This document shows, one piece after another, positions 37,401 to 49,500 of a stretch of DNA of 64,000 nt. The notes beneath the pieces were generated by a model, which saw only the letters and a program-made list of their open reading frames with translations, had not been told where the DNA came from and did no database searches. The stretch spans positions 22,072,001-22,136,000 of the forward strand of contig CM060733.1 in assembly GCA_030704615.1 (NCBI GenBank), written 5' to 3'. How positions within the stretch are numbered: the first letter of the stretch is position 1; each line of letters begins with the position of its first letter. This DNA is from Takakia lepidozioides (Eukaryota; Plantae; Bryophyta). The translations under genes were made by a program, and so were the position numbers.

Positions 37401-40116
37401 GCCCATACCTGTTTGTAGAGTTATAGACGGAGCGAAATACAGTAGTTTGCATGATGTTTTTGCGTTATCATTATATTTGGACACGAATGGAGAAACTCGC
37501 CTGCGTGAGTATTGTGCAAATGTGGTCCTTAACTCACATAAGAAATGGGTAGGTAGACTCATCTGAGGTATTACAGGTAAACGGGAAATCTAGATTGACT
37601 CGTGGAAGTTGTTACTCTCAACAAAGACGGGACAAGTCATTTGAATAATGACACCGAAAATATTGGGGTCACAGAATCTGAGGTACTTCAGAGTTCCACC
37701 CGCCCCGAGATGCCTAGTCATGTTGCATCATGTTTATTATGCCTTCATGGATCACTCTCTTGAAGGTTCTTCTGACAATCTGTGCTGGACTTCTCACCAC
37801 TTTATAACTTCAAATGAACATGCCCACAGAGTGTCTTATTATTTCCTGGTCTGACCCACCGACGACACAAACTTGACATCCCCCACGACTGAACACCATG
37901 ACTTAATAAGTTAGGTAGCAGGGGAGAGACTTTTGTCCACAAGCCATTTTGGCTCCTGGCCCGTATGAAGTAGGCTGCCGTTAGGGCTTGGATTCCGAGT
38001 GATGGGCGTCAACTATTCTTTGACTTATTAGCGTATCTTTTTGAAAATGAGAGTACCGTTGAACGGGCCGGCCACCCTCCTAGACAAGAGATCAATGTAA
38101 GAATATAATACTCAATAAAGTGTTTGCCCGTGTAAAAGTAAGGGAATACTTCCTGATCAGATTAATTGACCCGTAATCTACTGCACCATCCATTTCGGGT
38201 AGCACCCCTCTTCTTTCAAACAGCCCAGAACTTTCTGAATCACGCCCTTCCATGTTGTACCCTTTGCCCGTGCAGCCAAGGGCACCTGGGATAGTGCGTT
38301 GGTATACCTGTTCAGCGGTCTACTTTTGTATATAGTTTCTGCACTGTCACGTATTAGGCTATGTTGTGTAGCATGTAACTTAGTGTCACTCATAACTTTG
38401 GGAGAATGGGCAAATTGTCAAATGATAACCGCAAGTCAAACCCTTTCTCTTGCTGATGTCAAGCGTAATGGATCCGTTCCACATGAAAGTATGCCTTTAA
38501 CCCCTTCAAATTTTTACTACATTTTAATCTCGCAATGGAAATCATGCCCGGAACCCATCGATTACACTGATCACCTAGAAAACTATACCACGTCTTTTGA
38601 GGGATTTGTGAAATCCACGGGAGATGTGCATCACAGTACAACTTCGTTTAATTTACAGCCGTGCATCGGCGCATTTTTTATTTCTTCTATTTTTCAGAGC
38701 TCAAAAGACGCCCTTCAAAGTTGTGGTTCGTGAAGATCTCGAGTCTGCCGTTAAACCCAATTGGGCATATCAAAAGTAGTGATACTGTCTGAGAGTTTTA
38801 CGAGCTCTGACACTGCAATACTTGTGACTTCCGGAATTACTAGATCGCCTAAGTTTCTAGCACAGCGGTCCATTTTCAGATTTCATTTGAGACCTTTTTT
38901 CTAGTTTAGCAATAGGCCTAGATATGGACTTGACTTCAGACATGCAATCTGTCAGGTAATTGAACAAGCCAACCCATATGTACTAAATTACATTGGAAAC
39001 AAAAATGCTCATTCATCCTCCAAATCTTTTTGGTTGACAAATCCCTTATATGGTTGTACAGTCTACCTGCTTAATTGCTACACCTGGGGAGCAAGCAAAA
39101 CGCAACATCTAGGAGAGCTTAACATTGAGATAACCAAGGTGGTGATCCAAGATTAACAGATGTAACGTCATCGCTGGCTAATTATAAATAAAAATTAGAA
39201 TCGAACTTCTCAGCTGCTGAGAGACTGTGGCATGCCGTCTCTAATTCTCTTATCAAACTCATTATATCACCAGGATGAAAATTTGATGCATGAATCAACA
39301 TTTATGGAGACTCAATTGATATGATTTGTAACATTGAATTAGTCTTATGGTAAGGGAGCAGGATTTTGTAGTAACATCAAGGCAGTGGAACTAATAAAGA
39401 GGCCAGGGTAGCGACTTCCACTCCCACCAGAGTCCCAGACCTCCAACAGTGGGGCCAAAAGATAACAGAGCAATACTACCACTGCAGCGTACGGGAGCAC
39501 GGGCTCTTGTACATCATTTAAAAACAAAGTTGAGCATCTCTGGAGTCTGGCTCCAGTTACCAAAGTTTGACCAACACTCTTCTGCTTATTAGGCCTGTGC
39601 CAGAAAGCAACAGTCTCCAACATTGGATCATCATTCCGGCCTGCCAGATCCCTGTTTATCACCTTGAATGCCACGCCAATTCAGCGATTGTATCAATTAA
39701 TTTGAAGGCGTAGTAGGCTTTTTAAGCACTTTGGTCCCTATGCAGGAGCTTTACTCCACCAAACATTCTCTTCTCAGGACCTGTATAATGTTCTGGCAAA
39801 CTTTTAGGATTCAGTTTTCGGAGAAGACCGTGATATGTCTTGAGAAAACATCTAAGTCACATGAGTCAAAGTTAAGATTTCTACCTTTGGCTAATACCCC
39901 TTAGGGCAACACTGGATCCTTTTAGACCTGACAATCACTGCAGCAGTCAGGTTTGGGGAAGCTGCTTCTTCCCAACTTGCTAAGTCTGCAGTCTGCACCT
40001 CTTTGGCCAGTACTGACTTTGATGCTGGGACTGTGGTGGTTGGACTAGGTACACAATGTGTACCTTGGCCTTGGACCAACTTTTGAAGGATCCAATCTCC
40101 TCTGCTTTTCTCTTTT

Positions 40117-40336
40117 TTTAAAAGGCAAACCTGGGAGCGACAGCTCACAATTCAAGGCTCTTAGTACAGGACGGGGAAACATTAACCCCCTATCATACCA
40201 TTAAGCCAAGGAGGACTTGCATTCTACTGCACCCGGGACCCTAAGGTCTCCAAACGAGACTATACTAAGCCTGACAAGCTAGCAGGATTTGAACCCTAAA
40301 TTACCTGGGTGGCACCCTAACCAACTGAGCTACTAG
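40117..40336 (-). mobile_element. tRNA-derived SINE with 8-bp TSD
   Basis: TAGCTCAGTTGG...GGTTCAAATCC on the minus strand; TCTCTTTT at 40109-40116 and 40337-40344. Confidence 0.75.
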
Positions 40337-40646
40337 TCTCTTTTCGCTGACATGAGTAGTTCATAAGTGATATAGTTTTCATTCATTGGTAGGTCAGGGT
40401 TCCTAAAAAGAAAATGGTCAAAAAAAAGAAAAAAAAGAAAAAAAAAGGTCAAGAATTTGTATAACCTTTGGAGGCTCCTTGAAAATGGCAGGGCCAGCAG
40501 TATTGTTTGAGATATAGAATTCAACTTGTCTGAGACAAAGATTTGAAGGAACCACCAGTCGCGGTAGCTCGGTTGGATAGGGCACTGAGTACCACCCAGG
40601 TGTTTCTGGGCTCAAATCCTACTACCTTGTGGGGTGTGGTATAATC

Positions 40647-41691
40647 CAGTGTTGCACGGATGTATGATTCAGCCTCAAACCCTCGGCGGATCCAAATCGG
40701 ATATATATATGTGGATCTGAGGTCAAAAAATCAAATATCCGCCTCCATTAAGGACCCCCCGATATGAAGGGATGAGATAACCGGATCTTGTTGAGATCCA
40801 GCGGTCCGGTGGTTTTGTATTTTTCTTATTTGATTTGAACCGGAACTTTTTTTTAATAAAAAAAGGGAAACATGTGGAAGCTACAGCTCACAAATCAGGC
40901 CCCCTTAATTATAGTGAGAGGAAAAAGTAATAAAGGCTTTCGCAAGGGACACCGCCCAACCGGAACTAGTAGTTGAAAAGAAGCATTATGAACCTGTCTA
41001 TCCGGCATTTAAAATCGGAGGTTATAATCCGGATAATAGCCTGTAATTACGTTCACTCCACATAAACAAGGCGGATCATAGTCATGAGCTGGCCCTGTCT
41101 TCATTTCATTTCTAACTTACTCATCACGTTCTAATTCATGTATTATGGTGCGTTCTCATTTTCTGAGATTTGAATGGACACTTGCATTTTTTGCATTATC
41201 AACAATCGGAAGTCTCCTGGGTTCGTCCCTTAGTCCCTCACCGTCAGGTGTGCATGCCTTATGGCCCCACAGGGGTTTATTTTTTCCCCGTTATTAATAA
41301 AATACTGGGGCTTCATCCCCTTTATTTTAAAAAAAGAAAAAAATCTCCTAAGTACTTCTATGTTCTACCCTAATAATTGTAACTATTTTTTGATAAGTAT
41401 TTTTAATACATTAGATTTTGAAGTTTCGGTTATTTTATTTTATTAAAATAAACGTGGAGTTTTTTGATAACCAGATACTGAACCGCCGGAGGCCATCCTG
41501 ACATAAAATGCATTTATCCATAACCGTATAGGGTTATATTTAGTATTTGTTGCCACCCGGCAGGATATCAAAACAGGAAAAGCTCCAAAACCTCGGAACC
41601 AGAACCAGAACCGGAGGATGTGAACACAAAGTTAAAGTTAAACATCCGTAACCGGCTGATACAAAAAATATCAAATAACTGCACAACATTG
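40647..41691. mobile_element. hAT-type non-autonomous element (MITE)
   Basis: CAGTGTTG...CAACATTG termini; exact 8-bp TSD GTATAATC (40639-40646, 41692-41699); subterminal ATCCG/AACCG motifs. Confidence 0.8.
40848..40957 (-). mobile_element. 5'-truncated SINE inserted inside the hAT element
   Basis: SINE tail flanked by the 10-bp TSD AACCGGAACT (40838-40847, 40958-40967). Confidence 0.75.
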
Positions 41692-43194
41692 GTATAATCT
41701 TCTCCCCCTTCCCTTGGGGGGTGTCCAAGGAGCCTTGTGCTGTGTGCTTCATGCGAGGTTATTTTCGCCTCTCACTGGATTTAAGGGGCCTGATTTGTGA
41801 CAGGCTCAAGCTCGCTCCTGGATGTTTCCCTTTAGAAAAATATACATAAATAATTAAGAAACTCATGCTGCCCAATTTTCAATTCTCACATCCTTCAATA
41901 CTATGGGAGGAGGTTATTAACGGAATCATCAGATAATCGAAAGTGCTGAGTGGTTTCTCTGGACGAGCTTTAGACCAGATGCGGCGTTTTATACACCTGT
42001 TCTTAATTTCATCACCCTCCATTTCCGACTTTTCATTGGGTGATTCTTTGATAGTGGTCGGTTTCTTGAACTATAGTGGAGTGTCACTGTGTTTTGTCTT
42101 CCTTGTAAGCAATTCCCTCCTTCACGTAGATGATTCTATTAGTAGAGTTTACGTAAACAACAAAGGATCCTTAATTTCTTGGAGAAATTAAAACCTCAAT
42201 CAAGACATGCGACAAACACAAAGCATGGCATAAAGATATTTGGACTTCATAAATCATCATGCCTTATGCTTTTTCCACTTGTAAACTTTATCCTTTTCGA
42301 CAACTTCGTCACATTCTTCCATCTTGTTATCGGCACCAGTTCGTTGTCTTCGATCATGTTGTATACTCAAGGTGGAACTGAGACTAACGGTTAGGAGAGG
42401 AAGCGATAGAAGAAAATTCGCTTTGGACTGGGGTTACTGAAAAGCAACAGTTGGGAGTATTGAAAACGAGATTTAGGGGGTTAACTCTAAAATATAAGTG
42501 TTCAACCACTTGTCCTATAGGGCGAGTCAAACGACGACCTGGTTGGAGGCGCATTGCCTAAATCAATTTCATGGGCCAATCAATTTCTATCTACAGATAC
42601 CACTGGCCATGTATTTGCATCACCATGATCTTAATGTCGGCTGCCAAGTCAGGGTCCAAGGTGCTTCACTTGCCCACGACCTCTTTGAAAACTATGTGTC
42701 GGTAAACGACATCAGGGGCATGGTCCCTAAATCGGTCTTATATTCAATTCGGACATCACTCTTTGCGGACACGCGGCAACACAAATTCTGTGAAACATGC
42801 ACAATGTAGTTAGGATGGTGTACCCGTTATTTTGTTTGCCTTGCTTGTGGTTTGCAATGCCATAGGTCATCATGACAATTTTGGTGGAGTCAGTATACCA
42901 AGGTCTATGTAGACGATATATACAACCTTGAATGCCATTACTTGAGACTCCCTCAGTGGATGTCACTACACATCTGCTGTGTTCCCAACTCTTGCCGGGC
43001 GCGGGATTCTGGATACTTTTGAAAAATCTCATATTCGACGCGGTTGGCACGTTGTAGTAAATGACTATTGATTGATTGACATTGTCAAATGCCTTTTTCT
43101 CTTTCCAAAGGAAAAGCCCAATACCAGGCCCTGAAGATTAGCATATTGAAAAAAAAAAAAAAAAAAAACCCTTTGGGAAAGATCAGGGCCCAGC

Positions 43195-43287
43195 CCAGAA
43201 ATGCCACCCTGGGCAAGCCACACTCAGACAAGTGGAATTCTTCCAGCCACTTGTCTGAGTGTGGCTTGCCCAGGGTGGCATTTCTGG
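43195..43287. repeat. Perfect 41-bp inverted repeat with 11-nt spacer (hairpin/minimal MITE)
   Basis: CCAGAAATGCCACCCTGGGCAAGCCACACTCAGACAAGTGG-AATTCTTCCAG-exact reverse complement. Confidence 0.95.
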
Positions 43288-43929
43288 ATACACTGAAAGA
43301 ATTCAGGTTTGTCGAGCATCCAAAGAAAACAAAAAACTAGACCAGTTCTGAAGGAGAAGGAGCTGACCAAACATATGTATTCGGGCTATGGCAAGATTGG
43401 GACAGTGGACATGAAGAAGGGCCAAAAAAGAAAGAAAATCCTCCTGCATCTTCTGCTGATCCTCTGCTGATCTCCTTGTGCATTTGGTTTTGGTTGGTTC
43501 CTTGTAATTGTGGGCATTATCTGATCTGTCTGCTGCTTTGCTGTTTGGGGTCTTTTAAACTTGGCCTGCCTGTTTTGGCTTTGCCCCCTCGCGCTGAGTT
43601 TGATCATTTTCCCTCCCCATTGCATGTACATTCAGTCAAACAATCCCAAAAGTTTAAAGTATGTAAAATATTTTTCTCTCTCAATTTGTTGTAACTTTTA
43701 GTTGTTCCAAAAACTTCCAAACATTTGGAGGCGTAGGTAGTTGAGGTTCTGGTTGCTGCAAATTCAAATGAGGCTCAGAGATGGTGCCAGTGAGAGGTAG
43801 ATGTCAGTGGGGTAGGACTGAGAGGTGAGAGGGGTGAGAAGGATCGGATGGGCAGCAGGAGGGGCGCAGCAAGCCTGCACTTCCTGGTCGTGATGAAGAC
43901 TCGCTGTGTCCTCTTCTCTGTGCTGTCGA

Positions 43930-45250
43930 CCACGTCGCGTCGTCACGAGTTTTAGACTGGGCATCACTCTGTCAACCTGCTTCACCCATGAAACCCACAC
44001 ACTCTTGCTGCACCCAATTTGCCATCTTCTTAGCGGTGAGAAGATGCCACACACCTTTCGTGTACCTAGTACCTACCGACTTAGCCATGCAGGAGCCCCG
44101 GCCCCCACACACTTTTTCCTGTCAGCTTCATGGAAGCAGTCAGGACTGTCACCCTGGATGACCTCACAGTCACCACAGCACCTTCTCGCGAGGGTGCCTG
44201 GGGCCGTCAATGTGCACGTTCAAAGGAGCTGGGCCCAGCCATTGCGATGAGACGGGTGCCGTCACTGCGTCATACTCTGTCGCCGGCTGCAATCTGCCCA
44301 CCTGCCTGGAAAAGCACCAAAGCATGCAAGGCCCACATAAGCGCTCCAATTCTTAACGCGTCGTCTGAAGTCTGTAGTCTGGACGTCTGGACACAGTCCG
44401 ACACCCCTCTTCCCGTGTTCCTTGTTCCTTCCTCTCTCTGTCCCAAGCCCAGTCTCGTTCTTCCAAATCCCCGTACGCAAGTAGATACTCCCTAGCATGT
44501 ATTCGGGAGGGACATCCCAACTTGGGTCCCTCGGCATACTTACAATAAAACAGAGCACAATTCCACACAACCTCGCGGAACCAACAACATGATTCAAGCC
44601 ACCCGAGAGCCCATTTTTTGCGCTAGTATCGTCGTCTTGCCGTTCACTACAAAGTGCTGGGACCGCGATCCACGCCTCAATGGCGGCGACAAGTACTGGC
44701 AGTCCTTTTGGGGCCATATGAAATGCTGCCGTGTTGAGCCCAGCAAAGAAATTGCACCCCAGAAGTCAAGGCTTACCCACAACCTACACTGGGCTCTTTA
44801 AGAGCACTCAAAGCATCTAGCTCCGCAGCAGGCCATGGCTCAAGTCCCCACATGAAATCCCCTTCAAAGCTTGGAAGACTCGATATTCGGGAATACCCGT
44901 TCTCTACTTCACCATGAATGCGTGTTGCAGACTTTATTTAAGATGGAGACCAATCCGCAAAGGGACCCACCACGGAGAGAATCCCCAATCCTAGAGGGAA
45001 TCTGTCCAACATTGTAAAAGGTGGAGCCTATATCCACAAAGCGATCTTCAAGAGCTCTTTTCACGGCCCCACACACGAAGTGGACATGAGTTCGCGGAAT
45101 TATGGGGTCCTTGGGCGTCCCAAGGCACCTGCGATTTCTGGCCGGCCCCACCTTCGCAAGCGGCAATTCTGGGATCCATCTTTCACCTTTCTGTGACGTT
45201 CAACCATCTTCATCGGCTCCGGACACCCTGCCGTCACTGTTGCCTACTCT
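43930..45250 (+). pseudogene. Degenerate L1-type LINE ORF2 C-terminal region
   Basis: LDWASLCQP (L1 'W..LC.P' motif) and Trp-rich segments such as KCWDRDPRLNGGDKYWQSFWGHMK; heavily broken. Confidence 0.4.
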
Positions 45251-46317
45251 TTCGTGTTCCGCCTTTCCAGCTTACTTCTTTTTGCGTTTCTTTTTTTGGA
45301 AAGCTGCTTTCCCCCAAAGGTGTAGCTGCTGTTCCCATGGTGTTTGTAACTTATGAAATGGAAATTGCTAACCACAACATCTCTATAATGAAATAAGTGC
45401 AGTAAAGTCAAGGCATTGTGTGGTGGGCCTCATTGATAAAGTACTTTAGTTCCATAGTTCAAATCGTCAGGGGTATCTAGAAATACTGATATGCTATGTG
45501 AGTCATCGTTCAGGTCCGATGTCAAACTGTTTTAATTCAAAAAGGTTTCGTGGTGATAGTACTTGGTGAGGCCTATGCCTTCCATTTTCCTTGCCATGCA
45601 AGAAATGTCGGTTGGTGTGTGGGAACTTGAACATAAACAAGTCTCTTATAGACTTGGTCGCCCCTAAAATCAGATGTTAGAATCGGTGGTGACCCTTCGT
45701 CATGTGCAAAAAGATCCCCAAAACCAAAGAAATCCTAGGCCTCAAAATGTAACAAAATTCAAGCCTCAAAAACTCTTCAGAAGATGTTGGTGCCCACTTT
45801 TGGTAAACACTAACTGACCAGTTATTTAGTTCTACCAAAACTGGGCAGATAGATAATTATTAAAGGCTTCTCCCCTGTGAATGTCTTTATGTGACCATGG
45901 GCAAACAGCCACTGCATGTCATGCTTGGACTCCACTACAAAATACTCACCAGTGACAGTACAGCTCATCTATTATCACATCACTCAGCATCATCAGGTTC
46001 CAAACTACATCCACCATTTTCCTTGTGGGAATTCTGAAGCATTGTTAAGCAAATGAGCCAAGACCGAACTACTACTGTGGTCCTATCTTCACAAGTACTT
46101 GCCCATTGACCTGTTGCTTTCAGAAAATACCTTTTGACTATGCAGCTCATGAATATGCAAGTAGCTATGAACCTTGAGCCATTATTTCCACAAGTACCCA
46201 TTTCCATCAGATTTCAGCAAAACAGGAAATTTACATTCACAATAGAAGATGCTACGCGGTTTCCAAGTGATCTTTTCTTTGTTGCGGAAATCATGCTACT
46301 GAGAAGATTTTGTCAAT

Positions 46318-46506
46318 TCAAGCTGCAATTGTTTGCTCGATCAGATTGCAAGTCTCTGTTGCCTCTAACTGGGACTCCCAAACTGCCCCTCTTCGGACCC
46401 TCTCTCTCTGTCGCCTTTGGACTTCAAGATGAATGAGCAATGCAGTAATGTCGGCTGGGCTCACTCCTCCAACCCTTGATGCCTGCCCTATGTTTTGAGG
46501 TCGTAT
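46318..46506 (-). CDS. mnmG: mnmG exon 13 (last coding exon, TGA)
   Basis: [28 protein letters not shown]...TIAA*. Confidence 0.95.
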   Translation of the reverse strand: MRPQNIGQASRVGGVSPADITALLIHLEVQRRQRERVRRGAVWESQLEATETCNLIEQTIAA

Positions 46507-49500
46507 CTGCAGATACCTCAAAATTGCCTAGGTCATTACATATTGGAAATCACTGGAACTCTGAATGAGTAAAACATCCAATAATCCACATTTATCCTGC
46601 AGCTTATGGCCTGACTCTATGCTGGGTCCAGAATATTACAGTATTGCCATCCCAAATCTTCCATTCAGGTCACAACTGGACTTCTGCAAATTGCAAACAT
46701 GCTGATGAAAACTACAATGGGTGATGGGGAAAGCCATTCCCATGTTTCGTAAGCTCATTCCATTTTGTAAATAGCACCCAACCACACTCACCTTGGTAAG
46801 CTTTTCGCGGGCTTCCATTGACAATGTACGGATAGTATTATAGTCCAAGTCTTCTGGGATCGGCTTATGCTGCTTGTGCACCATCTGCCACATTGTGCCC
46901 CAAGTTCCAAAAATGAAGTGAGTTGCCACCCATTTGCTGCTTTCTTTCATCTCAGGGTTTTCAGCTTTTTTCATAGGTTGGTAAAATCCTCATTGAACAT
47001 CTCAACCTGATATCACGGGCGCTAGTATTTACCAACTCTTTGGTACTGAAGAGAAAGAAAGAATCTGCTGTGACATACTTGCATTCTTGCATTCGAATCG
47101 GACTGACCTGCTCAAGCTGATTTTGCTGGCGCATAATAAAGCCCTCATATTTGATATCAATCTCCACGCACTCCTTCTCCATCTCTGAGAGCTGCAGGTT
47201 GCCATGACCATGGCGGTCCAGCACTGTGTAGTGAACATGGGGACGTTTCAGCACTGTCTCCAAAGAAATTATCTCACGAATGGGCTGCCCTGATACCTCT
47301 GACACCTCGCCTGCTATTTTGTCGGCCGCTGCACCCATAGTAACAATTGCACCTTATGTCATAAAGAGCAATTCTGGGTAGTATTTTGTAAGAGTAAATA
47401 CATAGGAAAATTAAATAAATAAGTAAATCAAGAGTAAGATATTGTGACAGGTATAATCGGTGAATAGCCTCATGATATACCCTATGCCTGAAAAGAGACG
47501 CCTTTTCCCAGAGCAACTGTTCACCTGTATAGTGCAAAGCTTGATTTGATAACTGACCTTTTTCAGACCAGACCAAAATGCAAGAAGGCTCAGCCTGGCA
47601 TTGTGGTATCAATGAGAGTGTGACCTTTACAAATAGCAGAAACAACCAAACAGAATGAGGACACGATAGGCCAACCAGAGATGCGAGTTGTCTGCAATCG
47701 ATGTTTCTCTGAAGCAATTCGTGCTTGCTTGTCTTCAAACAAGTTCCACATCCGATCGTCAATGAGCCCTAGCTCCCGACCCAAAGGAGTCAACCGACTG
47801 TCCGCATTGTCAGCTCTTAGCAGCAACCGGTGCTCTGATCGACTAACTCCCAGAACACCCCAAAGACATGAAAGCCCACAATATCAAATTTCAGTAAAGC
47901 AGATGTTGGGAAGTCGATCGAGGAAATTTAGTACATGCAGGCAGGCTAGAAGAACAAGAAGAGGAAACACAATCTTTGGAAAAGGTACAACAAAAGTTAC
48001 CAATTGAAACAAACATCCCTTGATTATTACCCTCCAACCAAGCCCCAGGTCCTCCCTTTAAGCTGAAAAGTATCTCACCCATTGGCTACAGAGAGCAGAA
48101 AATTATGACACGCATGGGAGCCCCAGAAAGCCATGGAACACAGTTGCCGAGTACAGTAGGCTTACGGATTACAATCATCACAGACCCACAGAACAGGTAA
48201 AACGAGCTAAGCCAAGTGCTGCACAAAGACTGCCTCATGCAGGTCGGCTGCTGAGCAGTTTGGATCATCTTAACTAGAGGCTTCTGCCAGTGTCAGAGTT
48301 CACCAGCTTCTTCCCCGGATCTCATAGTGGGAATGACACAAGAGGAAGACAGAATTTTCTGGTTCCGCTCAATTTGGCAGATCCTACCTTCCATTGCGAG
48401 AGAGAAAGAAAGATGAAAGAAAAACGATAGTATCCAAGGTAGTCCCAAAAGGGCCCAACACAAGCACAATGCCACAATAGAACCACAGAACCCAAACAAC
48501 TAAATCTGCATTGTTGCACTAAAGGTGAGAGAGAATGTACTCATAAGACATTGTTTGCCGTGGCCATTGACCCCGCACTCAGTTTGAGCGGAACACAGAG
48601 GGACTAAAGGTGAGAGAGAGAGAAATGAAATGAAATGAAATGGTACTTTATAACAAGAGAGATGAGAGAGAGAGAGAGAGAGAGAGAGATGAAATATCCG
48701 GATAGAAAATGCTAGTACACATCCACAGGCAAGCTACAGATGCCATACAGGTCTTAATCCTTTCTGATTGATATCTCCATAAGAACATAATCCTTCAAAT
48801 CATGAAAGGGAGAGAGAGAAAGAAGTCAATTATAAGCCAGAGGGAGCACCTTGTCAACATACGGTACGGCTCTCGAAGGTCCTTAGTGACAAGGTCATCG
48901 ATAAGAGTGCCAATGAAGCTGCTTTCTCGCTCGAGCACCAACAGCTCTTTGCCTGTTGCCAGCTTTGCGGCATTGATGCCTGCTAGCAGCCCCTGCCACA
49001 TACCCCTTCATGACAGTGATTAAAACATGTGTACTCACCTCTTGCGCACCCTGTTGTGCCTGCTGTTGAGTTTGAAAGACTTTCCTATAACAAAGCAACA
49101 CACCCACATCTGGCATGTCTATATTAACTCAGTGGCGCACTAAAGAAGTGTGCTGGACTCACTCTGATGCTTTCTGTGTCCATGTCATCCCTTAATCTTA
49201 GCGAACCCTGAACCGGATAGTTGACTGTGTGATCCCTTTAGGACCAATTTTGTATACTGTGGTTGGAACCCCACAACCTTCCGGAAGAACTACCGCCCGA
49301 AGGATGCATTATAGCCAGCATACACACTGACCAGTCAAAGAGAACACAGTACTCTCTCATATTCATATTTTTTAAATCAGTTTGTTTTAATCACCACTAT
49401 TCATCTTGCAGAAAAGCAATGGAACAAAGTCTCAGCTTAAATCTACCAAAGGCCTAGAGACTCCCACTCATACCGTCTGTTTCATACTTCCAGTAGCGAT

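Larger units (their letters stand above)
40559..41833 (+). mobile_element. tRNA-derived SINE split by a hAT-type element (head 40559-40646, body 41692-41833)
   Basis: TAGCTCGGTTGG...GGCTCAAATCC head; GGGGCCTGATTTGTGA...TGTTTCCCTTT tail. Confidence 0.7.

Noticed and set aside
34430-39900. Host gene or LINE/viral relics in short ORFs
   Set aside because: No recognisable domain or consistent exon chain; only a weak LINE-like YKS..YCSVI motif near 39460-39520.
40559-40630. tRNA gene
   Set aside because: A and B boxes only, no cloverleaf; continues into a SINE body.
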